Assembly: GCA_001949185.1 (NCBI GenBank)
Contig: BDGG01000012.1
Span: 426,973 to 490,972, forward strand
Direction: 5' to 3'
Length of the DNA: 64,000 nt
Source of the DNA: Ramazzottius varieornatus
Taxonomy: Eukaryota > Animalia > Tardigrada
Positions 63,181 to 64,000 of the stretch are shown in pieces (within the stretch, counting starts at the first letter, position 1; each line of letters begins with the position of its first letter). Position numbers and translations under genes: made by a program. Under the pieces are notes generated by a model. It saw nothing but the letters and a program-made list of their open reading frames with translations, had not been told where the DNA came from and ran no database searches.

Positions 63181-64000
63181 CTCGGACGATTGTTGATGCG
63201 TCGCAGTCCGAGTATTCCCCTGTCAATCAATTCAGCGTCTGGAAGAAACAGTTTCAAATAAGAAACACGGGACAAGGACCGCACGGAGCAGAACAATGGG
63301 GAAAAAGAGCTCTGCGATAGAAAACAAAAAACTTAAATTGATTTCCGCGAGAACCAGTTGATTGAAACCAAGACTTGATTTCATGACGCTGGAATCTCGA
63401 TGGCTGATGGCTGAGGCCGCTGAGCCATCTAGAGTCAAGGGCGGACTGCGCCGCTGCGGCAAGAACTCGGAGCTCTCTCGAATTCGATGAGGATAAACGA
63501 CTGATGAATCTTAAAGTCAGAAATGCTCTGTGCGGCATCGGTAGCATAGTACCACCTAACCAAGACGGAGGTCCAAAACAAGCCGACCAACATTAAAGGT
63601 ATATAAACGTGGTACTACACGACCATTACCTAGGAGGAACTGAGGTCCTCAGACCGCCAGACGATACTCTGCAGTTTGCACTAATTGAAACGCACTAATT
63701 GATTTGTGACCATGCACAACTAGTGGACCTATCCCAGATTTCTGCACAGCCCTCCGCGATCGACTTGTAAGATAGAAGAGTGTAGAAGATACAACCCAAA
63801 ACTGCAAACGTGCTGACTATGCATATCGCGCACCCCTGGACGGTGAAGAGCTTCTAAACAAATTTTTATAGCGATATTCGACTCGAAAGCGCGCACAGGC
63901 TAAAATTTTTCCGGGAACCCACTGTACCTGGTGTACCGGACATCAACTCACAGCTCTGTTCCAACTAAAACAGTATTACTAGTGGCTATTTCAGAAGCGC

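Overview
Gene-dense eukaryotic (metazoan) genomic DNA with short GT-AG introns, mostly about 55-95 nt, and two 50-N scaffold gaps. The style fits a compact invertebrate genome such as a tardigrade, but that is inference only. Spliced genes reconstructed by eye: Aurora kinase, geminin, MRM3-type SpoU rRNA methyltransferase, a catalytically dead astacin, RBBP6, an orphan gene, DCAF1/VprBP, PIK3R4/Vps15, pyrroline-5-carboxylate reductase, a short ZCCHC14/2-like gene, a BTB-BACK gene, GINS4/Sld5, a possible CFAP97-like gene, a PAG1-like transmembrane tyrosine adaptor, ARMC5, a three-domain trypsin polyprotein and a tail-anchored orphan. Positions 1-13 kb are rich in TIR elements: several MITEs and a 2.6-kb Harbinger-like transposon. 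The most striking signal not explained by these features is a family of about 60-110 nt stem-loops (core TTCCCAAGTGGCGCACG...CGTGCGCCACTTGGGAA) at 15 loci. Every copy I found is intronic, mostly in introns of about 180-240 nt. The copies show copy-specific paired outer stems, one compensatory base change and several sense-strand G-U pairs. A second, weaker intronic hairpin family behaves similarly. Exon boundaries are manual calls and approximate.
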